Source of the DNA: the human T2T-CHM13v2.0 reference genome, Homo sapiens
Length of the DNA stretch: 64,000 nucleotides
Direction of reading: 5' to 3'
NCBI GenBank assembly: GCA_009914755.4
Contig: CP068257.2
Coordinates: forward strand, 44,224,001-44,288,000
The notes under the pieces were generated by a model. It searched no databases, was not told where the DNA came from, and saw nothing but the letters and a program-made list of their open reading frames with translations. A program made the translations under genes and the position numbers. This document shows, piece by piece, positions 1 to 13,800 of this stretch. Each line of letters begins with the position of its first letter. Position 1 is the stretch's first letter.

Positions 1-451
<451 letters not shown>

Positions 452-934
452 TCAAAAAAAGTTCTCAGACACATTTTTATGGGTGAATTATACCTAACTT
501 TAAGGAACACTTGATTTCTAACTTACACAGATTGTTTCAGAAAATAGATAATAAAGCTCCCCAGCCCTGAGGCTAGGAAGAAGAGAGGCTGGTCCACAGG
601 TACAAAGTTAAAGTTAGACAGGAGGAGTAAATTCTGGTGTTCTGTTAACAATAGGGTGACTATAGCTAATAATAATATGTCTGTCCAGATAGCTGGAAGA
701 CAGGATTTTGAATGTTATCACAAAATCATAAATGTTTACAGTGATGGATATGCTAATTTCCCTGGTTTGATCATTAAATAATGTATATGTGTATTGCAAC
801 ATCATACTGTATCCTGTAAATATGTACAACTATTATGCGTCAATTATAAATAAAGCTTAAAAAAAGCTGACGGCTTCGAAGGTCGAGGCAAGGAACGTGG
901 CCTGGAAAAGACAAGGGAAAATTTCCCCAAAGCC

Positions 935-1440
935 TTCAGAAGGAACACAGCCCTGCAGCCACCCTGACTTTTGTTCAGAAGGAACACAGCCCTGCAGCCA
1001 CCCTGACTTTTGTTCAGAAGGAACACAGCCCTGCAGCCATGCTGATTTTTGTTCAGAAGGAACACAGCCCTGCAGCCACCCTGACTTCTGTTCGGAAGGA
1101 ACACAGCCCTGCAGCCATGCTGATTTTTGTTCAGAAGGAACACAGCCCTGCAGCCACACTGATTTTTGTTCAGAAGGAACACAGCCCTGCAGCCACCCTG
1201 ACTTCTGTTCGGAAGGAACGCAGCCCTGCAGCCATGCTGATTTTTGTTCAGAAGGAACACAGCCCTGCAGCCACCCTGACTTCTGTTCGGAAGGAACACA
1301 GCCCTGCAGCCATGCTGATTTTTGTTCAGAAGGAACACAGCCCTGCAGCCACACTGATTTTTGTTCAGAAGGAACACAGCCCTGCAGCCACCGTGACTTT
1401 TGTTCAGAAGGAACACAGCCCTGTAAACACCGTGACTTGT
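935..1440. repeat. 39-bp minisatellite, ~13 copies, with a 117-bp (3-unit) higher-order periodicity
   Basis: Unit 'cagaaggaacacagccctgcagccaccctgacttttgtt' repeated head to tail. Three unit variants (…accctgacttctgttcgg / …atgctgatttttgtt / …acactgatttttgtt) recur in the same order. Because 39 = 13 codons, all reading frames stay open, which produces the periodic ORFs 897-1454(+), 1039-1467(+), 844-1416(-) and 857-1519(-). Confidence 0.9.
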
Positions 1441-2879
1441 CTAGTGAGATCTGATTCAGACCTCTGACTTCTGGAAATAGAAGATAATAAATTTGTGATG
1501 TAATTTGTAACATCAGCAATAGTAAACTAATACAGTAACTTTTATAGAAAAATGGGTGAAGGATCGGAAAGACAGTTTACAGAAGAAGAAGTACAAAAGG
1601 CTGGTGAAGAGATGTGCAAACTCACTTCTTGTCTGAGAGATGCAGAGTGACATGGCGTGTACACTTCCCACAGCTGAGACCAGCAGGAGCGGGCAGTGGA
1701 CTCGCACCAGGCATTGGGAGCAGATGCGGAAAGTGCACATGCCGCTGGCCAGAGGGGGTGGGCTGGCATGTCTTCTCTGGAGCCTGCTGTGACCTGGCAT
1801 GCTGTCCTGCATCTCTGTGGTGACAAAATCTCCACGGGTTCATGGAGACAGATGCACACAGCATCTCCTTGTTGTGCTCCGTGGATGTCGGGGTGGAAGG
1901 TGACCTCAGTGCCCCTGCCTAGAAGAGTGAAAACCTAACTGTGGCAGAAGCCAGATGCCGTGGGTTGGGTGTGCCAATGGCCCTTAAAGGCAGGGCTGGC
2001 GTTACTGGTGGAGGGTGTCCAGGTTCTTGGCGTTTTGAAAAAATAATTGGACAAAACACACAAACAAAGCAAGGAAAGAATGAAGCAGTGAGAGCAGAGA
2101 TTTACTGAAAATGAGAGCACAGTCCACAGGGTGGGAGCAGCCCGAGCAAGCAGCTCACGGGCCCCAGCGACAGAATTTTCTGGGGTTTCAATACCCTCTG
2201 CAGGTTTCCATTGGTTACTTGGTGTACACCCCTGTGAATGGAGAGGGTGTTCCTGTCATGGCTGAAGTGTTTGCATTTGATTTAGTTCTAGGAAGACCTT
2301 AGGTTTCTTCCCTGCAGGCCCTCTTCTCCTGCCTCACTGGGTTAAAAAGCTAAGAAACATGAGTGGTGTTAAACCATTCTGCCTGTGTGAGTACAGACGC
2401 GTGCATAGGAAATTAAATACACACATACTTTGCAAGAGCATATGTGAGTAAGAGTCAGGCACTCGGTGTTTTAGAATGGGCTCCTGCGTGGTGGCAGTGG
2501 CAGGTGGTGGTGATAAGGGCCGGTGAGAATAAAAAGGAGCCGATGGTACGGGGCAGGAGCCGCTCCCAGGAAGCGGTGGTGCCGACGTGTCATAAACTGA
2601 TATCCGCATCTCAGCCTCTGTGCACGAGGCTAGGAAGAGAAGAGATTTCCAAAAAGGTAAGAGTGGGGCGGGGGGGACAAAAACGCAAAGAAACACAAAG
2701 AGCAGCATCCGTGTGAAGTTGGGCCTGGGAGAGAGATGGAAGGGGTGGGATGAGGCCTCTACGTTTCACAGCTCAGTAACCTGGGCCCTGAGAGGCTGTG
2801 CGGTTTGTTCCATGCAAGGGCCAGCCTGGACTTGCAGGCTCAAATACGACTCCTCCTGCCCTGCATGTGTGTCAGCTAC

Positions 2880-3420
2880 CACACATGCTTTTTTAAAATT
2901 TATTTTTGTTTTTATTTTTAGTTGTTGTAAAATGTACATAACATAGAATTTTCCATCTTAACTATTTTTTAGCATACAGTTCAGGGATATGCTGGGCAGC
3001 CATCACCACCATTATCTCCAGAACTTTCTCAACTTTTTGAACTGAATCTCTGTCCCCATTAAACCCTCCCTCCCCCAGCCTCTGGCACCCAGGATCCTAC
3101 TCTCTGTCTCTAGGAATCTGACTGCTCTAGGGACCGCTACACGTGGAATTATATGGCATTTGTCTGTTTGTATCTGGCTTCTTTCTTTTAGTCTGCTGTC
3201 TTCAGGGTTCATCTACACTGTGGCATGTGTGAGAATGTCCTTCCTTTTGAAAGCTGACCGATATCCTGTTGTATGTAAAGACTGCAGCCATCAGTGGACA
3301 GGAAGGCTTCACCCGTTTGGCTGTTAGGAGCGGTGCCCTTGTGTGTGCCTATCTCAAGTGTTTTATTCTTTGTGATGCTATTGTAAATAGAAGTGTTTTC
3401 TTAATTTCCCTCTTGGATTG
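2880..3420 (-). mobile_element. Old LINE-1 (L1M-like) 3'-region fragment, antisense orientation
   Basis: Resembles the antisense strand of older L1 3' ends ('ttttaaaatttatttttgtttttatttttagttgttgtaaaatgtacataacat...ccatcaccaccat...ctccagaactttc...ccccagcctctggcacc...'). Family assignment is from memory only. Confidence 0.45.
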
Positions 3421-5041
3421 TTCACTGTGAGGAGAAGATGCTCTTTGATGAGACTGAAATGAAGCTGGGTGTGGGCTCTGGGTGGGTGGAGCAAGCACTC
3501 CGAGCCTCTGCCCCGCGGAATGCAGTGGTCTGAGAAGTAAGTAGCAGGAGTGCTGGAGGAAATGGAAACTTACGATCTCTCCTGCCTGAGTTCACAGCAG
3601 GCTGAAACCCAGAAGATGGCAGAAAGCTGACAGAGAGCTCCAGGAGGAGCCTCTCGGAACAGCTCGAAGAGCAGGAAAGGGGACCCTAGGCAGCCTTATG
3701 GCGACAATAGTGGTGCCAGGAATGGCCAAGGGGGTCCGCAGGGGCCCCCAGGCTCCACCACGGAGGGAGGGAGCCTTCCTCTCCAAGTCTGGCAGCGATG
3801 CCCAAGTGCCTTCTCTCTCTCTGCGCTTTCCCACAGCTGATCCTGGAGGAGTGCACCTGGGAAGCCAGTGCACAGAGCTGGAGCTTCCCGACTGCAGGAG
3901 GGAAAAGAGGAATCCTGGGATCTGGGAGGCACAGGGAGGCCAGCACAGACGCAGGCTCCGGAAGCCCACGGAGAGGGCTGGGCATTCTCCCACACTCATC
4001 CCCAGCTTCACATACACACATCCGCCCTCAAACAGCCCATCACAGACCTTGAGAACCGCACCATGGGGTGGACTGCTGCCCAGTTCCCAGACCCCACACC
4101 CCACCAGCACAGAGGGGGGCATGCGTGGGAAGGCCTGGAGAGCCCTGCAAAGACCGAAACAACCAACGTGGGAACCACATACAGAGCCCCTTAGAGTTGA
4201 AGCCTGAACCCAACCAGGCCGGTTGCCTCCTACATCTGAGATATAAATGCTCTCTCTGGGATTTAAATGAGACCCAAGGCTGCCTCCGTACCCCGCCACC
4301 CTAGGTCTGTGCTGCAGGCCATGCAGTGTGTGGGGTCAGGCCCATGTGTCTGTCTGCCTTCTGCCCAGGATCCAAGTGCCCGATGGCCTGAGGGCCGGAC
4401 CCCACACAGGCACAGAACGCGCTGCAGAGGTGACAGGCGGGTGGAACCCAGGGAGACAGAAAACCTCCTGCCAGGGAAGTTGCTCGGCTTGGAGAGAGGA
4501 CTAAACTCTGACCTTTTTCCTCTCTTGCCCAAATTCCTATCTAAGGAGCCTGGGGAGTCACACCGTACAAACCGTAACATCTCATGAGACAGGTTTTATT
4601 TAACCCAATATAACGTGGCTTTTCAATCTGACTGTGGCTTCACATCACATGACAGATAAAGTAGGAAACAGAAATATTTTACCCCAAAATATGTTTATTT
4701 GCCATATTTTGAAATGGGCCTCCAAAGCCATCTTTTATGGGGGAAAGTTTGCATCTGTAAAGAACCTGTATTAACATAACTGGATCTTTCCCCTTCCAGA
4801 CCCTCCCAATCCTGAGGAGCCTGGCTGAGAGTCTAGTGCCTTGTGAAGGTCTGAATAGGAAACATTTGCCATGTATTGCCTCTAAGGGTGGACACCTATG
4901 AGATTTCATCCACATAATAAGGACCTTGGTCTCCACAGCCCCTTCTCTTAACCCAGACACTCCTTTCTATTGATTCCAGGCCTTCAGATAGTAACTTAAC
5001 TCATTCAACCAAGTACCCATCAGAACATCTTTTAATTCATC

Positions 5042-6210
5042 TGATAGAGCTTGGATATTTGCCCTACCCACATCTCACATGGAAATGTGATCCCGAGTGT
5101 TGGAGGTGGGTCTGGTGGGAGGTGTTTGGGTCATGGGTGCGGCTTCCCCATGAACGGCCTGGGCCATCCCCTGGTGATGACCGAGCTCTTGTCCTTGAGT
5201 TCACAGGAGACCTAGTTGTGTAAAAGTGTGTGGCACGCCCCCCCCACCCCCGCTCTGCCCCGGTGACGTGCCTGCTCCTCTGCCTCCCGCCATGATCGCA
5301 AGTTTCCTGATGTCAAAGAAAAAAGTCCAACTCTGTAAAATATTTGAAGAGATTTATTCTGAGCCAAATCTGCATGACCATGGCCTGTGACGCAGCCCTC
5401 AGGAGGTCCTGAGAACATGTACCCAAGGCGGTCGGGTACAGCCTGGTTTTATTCACTTTAGGGAGGCATGAGACATCAATCAAATACATTTAACAAATAC
5501 ATTGGTTTGGTCCAGAAAGGTGGGACAACTCAAAGTGAGGGCTTCCAGGCTATCAGTAAATTTAAACATTTTCTTGCTGACGGTTGAGTTTGTCTAAAGA
5601 CCTGGGATCATAGAAAGGAAATGCTCAGGTTAAGATAAAGCATTGTGGAGACCAAGGTTCTTCTGAAGTCTCATAGTGGCTGTCCTTAGAGACAGTCGAT
5701 GACAAATGCTTCCTATTCAGACCTTTAAAAGCTGCTGGACTCTCAGTTAATCTCTTCAGGATTGGGAGGGCCTGGGAGAAAAAGATCAAGCTATGTTAAT
5801 AGAGATTCTTTACAGATGCAGATGTTCCCCCACAAAGGACGGCTTTGTAGGACCATCTCAAGATATGGCAAAGAAACATGTTTTGGGGTAAATTATTTTG
5901 TATTCTTTGTCTCATAATGTTATGCCAGGTTGGAAAGTAAGTCACAATATAGGGTTAAATAAAACCCATCTGATGAGAATTTATGGTTTGTAGAGCATGA
6001 CTCCCCAGAACCCTTAGATAGGAATATAGGCAAGAAAAAAAATCAGAATTGAGTCCTCACGGAGGCCCCTCTCCAGAAGCCAAACAGATGCCAATGCTGA
6101 GCCTCCTGTATGGCCTGCAGAACCCTGAGCCAGCTGAAATCCTTTCTTTATAAATTACCCAGCCTCAGGCATTCCTTTATGACAATGCAAGAACAGCCTA
6201 ATACACCACC
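5042..6210 (+). mobile_element. MaLR (THE1/MST-like) LTR remnants with interposed LTR-like sequence
   Basis: The start matches the THE1/MST LTR 5' end ('tgata..ggatatttgccc.acccacatctcacatggaaatgtgatcccgagtgttggaggtgggtctggtgggaggtg...tcatgggtgcgg'). The end matches the LTR 3' end ('cctttctttataaattacccagcctcaggc'). The internal 5330-6000 looks like a different LTR class ('tgtaaaatatttgaagagatttattctgagccaaatctgcatgaccatggcctgtgacgcagccctcaggaggtcctgagaacatgt'). Confidence 0.45.
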
Positions 6211-7368
6211 TATAACCCCCCACCTTTGAGCTGTCCTGCCTTTCTGGACCTCAAAGCAGAGCACACCTCACTATATCTCCCTAAACCATATAAAACCAGG
6301 CTGCACCCCAGCCACCCTGGGCACAAGTTCTTAGGTTCTCCTGAGGCTGTGCCTCAGCCATGGTCACTCACATTTGGCTCAGAGTAAATCTCTTCAAATA
6401 TTATTTTGTAGAGTTTAGCTCTTCTTGTTGACAGGAGCCAGCATGTACCAGTGACCAGAAAGCCTCAAGCCCTGGTGCTGGCTTCTCTGCCACTCTTGGA
6501 CCCATGAGCCCTGGATGGGATGGGGAAACAGGGCTGCCCCCCAGGGCCTTGCTCTCCAGTGTTGACGGAGGTGTCGTGGGAGAGGCTCGCAGAGGGCAGG
6601 GGTGTTGCCTCCCCCCACAGCCAAGCCAGGCCTCCCCCATTCCCACACCCTTCCCACTGACCGTGCTCCTCAGACCCACCCTGCACTCCTGCCTTGCGGG
6701 CCATGCCCCAGGGAGCCTCATGGACCTCCCTTACCTCCCTCCAGTCTCTGACCTGTCAACCAAAATGGGATTGTGGCAGATCTTAATCTGCTCAGAGGTT
6801 TATTTTGCCAAGGTTGAGGACTCGCCAGGGAGAGAGACAGAAGTTACTGTAGGACCTGTTGCCTGGGATTTTTCCGAAGAGACTTTTAGGACTTTCGTAT
6901 TTGAAGGGGAAAGAGCTGGCGGGAGGCGGTAGAGGACCTGTCATCTACGCACGGTCTCTCCAAGAATCTGCATTTCCCATAAGGTGAAGTAAACCTGGAG
7001 CAGAGGAAGACATGCATGTGTCTCGGGCTGGGCGGAGGAGGGACGGCTTCTCGTCTTGTCTTAGTCCTGTACCTGTGAAGATAAGCTGTTTATTGACACT
7101 GTCAGGGTGAGAGTCAGCAGGACACTGCCTTAGGGTACAGACTGGGGCCCAGAGGGCATTTCCGTGTGGGCAGCTGGTGAGGGAGGCCCCTGGGGAGCCT
7201 CGCAGCCTTCTATCTGCAGCTGTCTGCTTAGGACCAAAAGGAAGGCCACCTTTGCATGACTCTGTTCCCAAACTGAACTCCTCGTCATAGTGGGTTTGGG
7301 GTCCTGAGATTTTATTTTCCTTCCACAGTTCCCAGGTCCCCCTTCAGTGAGGTCTTCCTGATGGATGC

Positions 7369-7735
7369 TGATATGGTCTGGCTGTGTCCCCACCCAAATC
7401 TCATCTTGAATTGTAGCTCCCACAATTCCTACAGGTCATGGGAGGGACTCAGTGGGAGGTAAGTGAATCATGGGGGCGGGTCTTTCCCGTGCTGTTCTCG
7501 TGATAGTGAGTAAGTCTCATGAGATCTGATGGTTTTCTAAAGCATAGTTCCTCTGCACGTGCCCTCTCTTGCCGGCCACCATGTAAGACGTCCCTTTGCT
7601 CTTCCTGCATCTTCCACCATGATTGTGAGGCCTCCCCAGCCATGTGGAACTGTGAGTCCATGAAACCTCTTTCCTTTATAAATTACACAGTCTCGGGTAT
7701 GTCTGTATTACCAGCGTGAGAACAGATGAATACAG
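7369..7735 (+). mobile_element. THE1-type MaLR solo LTR (~367 bp)
   Basis: 'tgatatggtctggctgtgtccccacccaaatctcatcttgaattgtagctcccacaattcc...catgggagggactcagtgggaggtaagtgaatcatggggg...ctcgtgatagtgagtaagtctcatgagatctgatggtttt...cctctttcctttataaattacacagtctcgggtatgtctgtattaccagcgtgagaac' matches the THE1 consensus end to end. Confidence 0.8.
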
Positions 7736-10394
7736 ACGCCATATAAAACCCCAATCCAGCCTTTCCAGCCTTGTCTGCTGCCACCAACTCCTGCTGCTTG
7801 TCCACTCCTTTGCTGGTGTCACCGTCCTTGGGATGTGAGCTCTGTGAATGCCCGGCACTGTGCTGTGGTATCAGCAGGTCCCCGACCAGGAACAGCTGAG
7901 CCAGGAGGGGCCGTGCTGCAGAGGTGGCCAGCGGGTCAGGGTACAAGGCCAGAGAGGGTTCTCTGAGAGAGAATTGCATCATATGGGGGTTCCCCTGCAT
8001 GGCTATGCATCAGAAGCAGGGATGAATCCATTTCACACTCTCCCCATTTACTGCTTCAGAGCCCCTGGGGAGGAAAACTCCCAGGTTGCCCAGGAAACTC
8101 CAAGGTGGCCCTTGGGACCCTGGACAGCTGGCCTTCCACTGGCTGCCAGCCTCACCCTGGCTCCCTGCCTCTGCTCAGGGAAGGCCAGTCCTAACACGCG
8201 ACATCTCCCCTCTTGGAGAAACCACTAGGGGCAGCCGTCAGTGTGATGGGTGGGCGCCTGGCCCCAGAGCGGGCTCCACACTCGGCTGGGCACCTCCCTC
8301 TCCAGGGCCTGTTCCAGCACTGAGTGCGCCTTTGGGGATCGTGCACCGTGAGCAGCACAGCTGGACCCCAGGTGAGGGCACTTCACCTCCCAGGCCTGGT
8401 CTCCACACCCGGGTCACAGAGAGACATGTCAGCTGAGGAAGCAGGGCAGGCGGCCTCTTCCTTCAACACCTTTAACTTCCTTTAAATGGAGAAGGGAGGC
8501 TGCTCCTGGGGAACACAGAGGGCCGCTCCACTGTAAAACCACAGCAGCTGTGCACCAGGATGGGCCTCAGGGACCAGCCAGCCCAGGGATGGCCGGTGCC
8601 CCCACCCTCTGACAAATGCACCCAGGAGTCAAGCATGGGGGTGTCCTCGGCACCTGGATTGGAAGGTTCTTGCCATTGTGGATGGGGTCTGACCTCCTGG
8701 ACTTCGGTGGGTAACCGAAGGCTCCAGCACGCAGCTTCAGAAAGACCAGAGCCAGGCCCAGGTGCCCTCTCCAGCCGACATCGGGCTGTGGCCTCTGGGC
8801 TGCTTCTCCTTCCTGTGGCTTCCAAGTCCCAGGGTACATCGGTGCCCTTCTGTGTCCTGGCAGTTTTAGAGAAAAGGAATGAAGCAGCTGTATTCACATA
8901 CATGTAGTAAATGTGAAATTTTCACAGCAGCACCATTAGGTCTCTAATTTTATTACGTCGAAAGTTGCATGTTGGCAGGAGTGATATGGCTAACAGCAGT
9001 TAGGACTGTGCAGCTGACTTGGTTGACATTTTACACCATGTTGCTGTCTGTGTTGAACACGCAGTTGGGGCTGCAACTTACATGGCCTTTTATCCTCTTT
9101 CTACCGAAATGGTTGGAAAACAGAAGGGTTCCATGGAGAAATGGCAGATTCTGGGTGGGGAAGCACAAATGAGCCTGAGCACATGACAGCCCCAAGGTAG
9201 AAAACCCATCGCCCTGGAGGGACACCGAAGCCCACCTGAAAGAGCCTCTCATGGCCAACAGCAAAGATCGTGCGAGGCTGCGTGACAGCGCAGAGTAAAA
9301 CAGGCACAATGCAGACTGCGGGGGAGATGGACAGCCCTTCCTTACACAGGCAGTTACACACACGTGATGCAGCTGTGCCCCTCCGGCCGGCAGCGACCCC
9401 TCCCCTGAGCGTGGCCCTGGGAGCAGGATTGGTAGAGGAAACAGTGTGGCGAGGAGCAGCCCTTGGCAGCGACCCCCGTGGAGGTGCAGTGCTCGCCTTG
9501 GGTGCAAATGACTGTGTTCGGCCTCCACTCCGAGGCTGCTGGCAGTGACCCCTCCGAGCAGGGCCGCTCTGTACCTCCCCTCGCCCTCACTGGGCTCTTG
9601 GCGGCACTGAGCCAGCGGCTCCTCCTGCCCATCCTGGGCCCTGTGGAGGCCCCTGCCCCAGTTCCCCTCCTGCCTCTGGGCTGCTCCTTCCCAGTCACAC
9701 CCTCAGCTCCTCCCTTCACAAGCGCTGTGGCTTGGTGTGCAGCCGCCTCCATGCCTTCTCACCTCTGCCAGCACCCCCTCTCAGCTGCTGCCTGGTCAGC
9801 TTCCTTCTCCCCACCGCACACAGCAGGTGAGAAGGACACTTACCCACAGCACCCACCTGGGCCTCACATCTGCTGGTAGCCACCCACCTTCCACCCCACT
9901 GGCAACCAGGCCCTGCCTGCCTGTTCTGCTTTGCCTTCCAGCAGGCTGTTTGTGAACACCACAGGCCCACCCACACCAGCCTCAACGCTCAGTGTCCAGT
10001 CCTGCCCCAGCCAGCTGGGGCAACAGCCTGGGCCCTTGCCAGCCTGGGTGCCAGCCCCACCACCCAAGCTTTAGGGCCAGAGCACGCCTTGAGTGATTCT
10101 GCCATTGTTCTCCCCATCCGTAACAGGAACCCCACACCGAGAGCTGCTCAAGATTAAATTAGTCAGCAGTGCCAGATGCAGAGCGAGAGTTGTCTTAATG
10201 TGGCCACCGTATCCTCCTCCTCTTCTTCCCTGACCCCTCCGTGTTCATAAGCTCAGTGCTTGCAGACAGCACTGAGGGCAGAGCCTGCCCAGTGGAGAGG
10301 AATGGACTGGATGGCGCCAGCTGGGCCTGCTTCTCGCCCTGCACTTCAGCTTGTGCCTCCTTTGGCCCCAAAATTATAGGTACAGACTACAAGG

Positions 10395-10835
10395 AAATAA
10401 GAGAGAGACAGAACGGGATCCACTCAAAGGTCATGGTTTTAGTACGTTTCTGCTGCTAGAACAAGATACCCAACACTGGGCAATTTATAAACAGAATCAA
10501 TGTATCACTCACCATTATGGAGGCTGGCAATCCAGGATCAAGACTCTAGCAGGTTTTGCGCCTGGGAAGGGTCGGCCTGTCTGAGACAGCACCTTGAACG
10601 CTGCTTCCCCTGGAGGCCACGAACGCTGTGTCCCCATGGTGGATGGGATGTAAGGGTAAAAAGGACCCTGCTAGTTTTCTTGAGCCTTTTTATGAGGCAC
10701 TGGTCCATTTCTGAGAGCGGAGTCTCATGGCCTAATCACCTCCTGATACCATCACACTGGGTCTTAAGTTTCAACATAGGAATTGGGGTGGGGGGGGGGA
10801 CACGTACATTTAAATCATAGCAACAAACATTACAT
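10395..10835 (-). mobile_element. MaLR-type LTR (MST/MLT-like), antisense
   Basis: The reverse complement reads 'tgctatgatttaaatgtacgtgtcccccc..accccaattcctatgttgaaacttaagacccagtgtgatggtatcaggaggtgattaggccatgagac...ccatggggacacagcg...ccagcctccataatggtgagtgatacattgattctgtttataaattgcccagtgttgggtatcttgttctagcagcagaaacgtactaa', a typical MaLR LTR layout. Confidence 0.5.
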
Positions 10836-13800
10836 TATTAGTTACTGTAACAATTCAAAATACCTGGAATTGTCAGTCACTGCATATTTTTATGCATCAG
10901 AATAAATGCATAAAAATGCACAAAATGCAATACCGTGGGGAATCTGCTCCCTTTTATGCAGACTTCAATATAGTAACATAGAAAAATATTTCATGTATAA
11001 TAGCAAGAAAAACAAACATGGTTGGTTACTATTTTTGCTAAAAAGATATAAAAACACAGGCCTACTAGACCAAAGTCTGAATAGGCAGATCTCAAGATAA
11101 CACATATCAACCGTGGTCCTTCTGGGTAATGATCAGTGACAGGTTTTTCTTTTGCATGTACACATATTCTATTTTTTTCTGTATGAACCTCCGATACTCG
11201 TTATTTTAGCTTCTTTCTTTAATAAGCAATCGACTGACTTTGCTTGGTCAGTAAGACATGCAGGACACCACACACTGTCTCTGTGCCTTGTCTGGCATCA
11301 GAAAGCTGCAAGCACATTGCGTGGGCCCCAGCAGGAGCCAGCTCAGCCTGTCCCCGACGAAACCGGGCCCTCTTCACAGCCCAGTGGCTTCTCTTTGCAT
11401 TCACATTTCACTTCTGCCTGTTGTGTGTGCTTTTCCCATTACCGCCCCTGAGTCTTGTGTAACATGGTGGGATCAAGGTAAGAAGCCTGTAACAGAACAG
11501 AGGGTGACTTTCTCCTACTCTGTGGCAGAAGTGCCTAGTTTGATGGGTGGAGCAGTGTGCATCCTGTACCTCCTCTCTTGGCCCCGAGTGTCTGGGCTGT
11601 GGGGTCCTGGGCTAGGCCTTTCCACCCCACCTACCTGGGGCACAGCTGGCATCAGGACCACATTTGAGGCTGCAGCTCGTCCACTCAGCTTTGCATGGGT
11701 CTTTCTTGTGGGGCAGACCTGGAACATCTCAGTCACAACAAAGAAGAAAACAGGGAAAGGAGGGAATTTCCAGTTCATGCTGTTTCAGGTACCTCCTCCT
11801 GGTGAGGAATAGCCTCATCCTGCAGTCCATGAGGACCTGCAAGAGCGTCACCAGCCAAGCCCAGGTCAGCCCCGCTGTCCGGGTAGGGACCTGCTTTATG
11901 CCTACGCCACCCATGGCAGACTGGCGGCAGCAGCAGCAAAAGCTCGTGTCTTAGGAGCTGTGTTGGGATTAATGCTGGGTCCTGGGGTTTCTGCCCCCAC
12001 CCACCCCTTCCTATTCCAGGGGCTTAGCTGCTGCGGCCGTGTGTCCTGCAGGCTCGCCGGGCTGCTGAGTCGCCCCTGTTGGGGGAAGGGGGTATTGAAA
12101 TGACAGCGCATGAGTGCTGGGTCCACCCTCCAAGGGCATGAGGGGAGCTGGGCAAAAAGTGGGTCACATGTGCCTGGCCCATGTCACGCGGCTCCCGCCC
12201 GAGGCCAATGGGGTGGGCAGCCTCCCTCGGTGGAGAGCGAAGCACCACTCTCCTTTTTCTCCGGTAGCATCTCATCTTGTCTAAACGGGGAGAGTGGCCA
12301 TCTGTCCGATACCCACATCAAACCTGATCGTTCCCAGCCTCACAGAGCTGCTTTGTTCCAAGGTAAGGGATTGAGGGCCCTGGGTGAGCGGTCCGCGGGC
12401 AGGACGGTTGGCTGAGATTGGCTTCGACGGGAGTCCCAGGCAATGTGGCAGGCAGAGTTTGTGCTTGGTTGACTGTCGGGGAAATGCCTAGAGGAACCGC
12501 ATAGCCGTGCACGATGCGTTACGATGAAAAAGCGGAAATTGTGTTAGGTTTAAGCCCGCTCAGATGATGAGGCTCCCGTCAGGCCGGCTGTTCCACTAAC
12601 AGGGTTCCTTCTGAGGACCCATAGCAAGTGTCAATAATCTTCTTTACTAGTCGAGTGTTATTATTTATGGAAACATAAACGTGGCTTTACGGATGTTTAT
12701 CAATCAGAGATACTGGATGTGGTATGGGAGTGTGACTCTCACCTGTGCAAACACTGGTCACCCTTGTGGGGCCAGACTTTTCTGTCTGATGAGTGCCTTC
12801 CATCACTGCTTCTGTGGGTGAACGCTGGCCTCTGAACTGAACAGGTGATTACATCCCCGCCACTAGCGTGGGGTACTGAAGTCCAACATCCGAGTGAGGC
12901 GGGGTCATGGGTGCTGCCGATGGATGGAGAGCATGCACTTTTGCAGCTTGGTGCTTAAAATGGGGAAGAACATGATTCTCTTAACCTCAGGAAGGCCAGT
13001 GAGCAGGATTTCTGTGTGATGAAGCCATCAGGGAATGCATAATACTTCAAAATGTTGAGAAAATGATGCTGAGTTTTTCAGTTCATAAGTTACAACAAAA
13101 TTTTATATTTTCACCTATTGTAAATGAACTAAAGTGTTCCCTTAGCTCAGGATCCTTCTGGTGAACGTATTTTGGCAGTTGTGAGTACAATAGAGAGGGT
13201 TTGCAGTGTCTGTGTGGTGTGTCGACCATCGCTGCCATGTTTAGTCACATTTCCTGCTCCTGCTTGCATTTGCTGGGAAAAATGTTCCCAGAAATAGCTT
13301 GCCAGAGCCAAAGTCATAACGGAGTTTGATTTGAATGTGTCCTATCAGTTTTTCCTTTCAGAGATAAATATTTTAAATTTGTGTTTTAACTCGCTTTCCA
13401 GGCAAGTGGGTCTGTGACCAAGTTCATAGAAATAAATATGAACACTTTAGATTTTTAAATTCTTCTACATTTTAGTTGTATCGAATAGCAGTTGTACCCT
13501 TGATAACAAAAAGAAGCTTTTCTCTGCGTGAAAGTAATGCCTTTTGAAAACATTCTGCATTTAGGCTAATACCCAGTTCCTACCAACTACAGCCTTCAAA
13601 TGAATTTCATGTAATATTTCTAAAGGACTGTTTCTTACCCACTGCCAATCTTGAGGAAAGGGAATTTTTCTCTCATTTCATTAAGATGGGGTAGAAGAAT
13701 TTAATGTTTTTCATATTTATGATTATAAATGCTTCTTTTACGCTTGGGGAAAGTCCCACTTATTTTGATGCAGTTTTTAACATTATCTCCATTCTTCTGC

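Noticed and set aside
897-1519. Four overlapping ORFs of 142-220 aa on both strands with 13-aa periodicity
   Set aside because: Translation of the 39-bp minisatellite. All frames are open because 39 = 13 codons.
3592-4299. 235-aa minus-strand ORF, and overlapping 169-aa plus-strand ORF, in GC-rich sequence
   Set aside because: Overlapping ORFs on both strands in GC-rich DNA are expected by chance. Neither has a recognisable protein family signature, a splice-site framework or periodic codon bias.
12110-12415. 101-aa ORF read as a stand-alone gene
   Set aside because: It is not supported as an independent CDS. It is retained only as a possible upstream exon (see finding at 12040-12760), because its 3' end coincides with a consensus splice donor in phase with the downstream PCBP3 exon.
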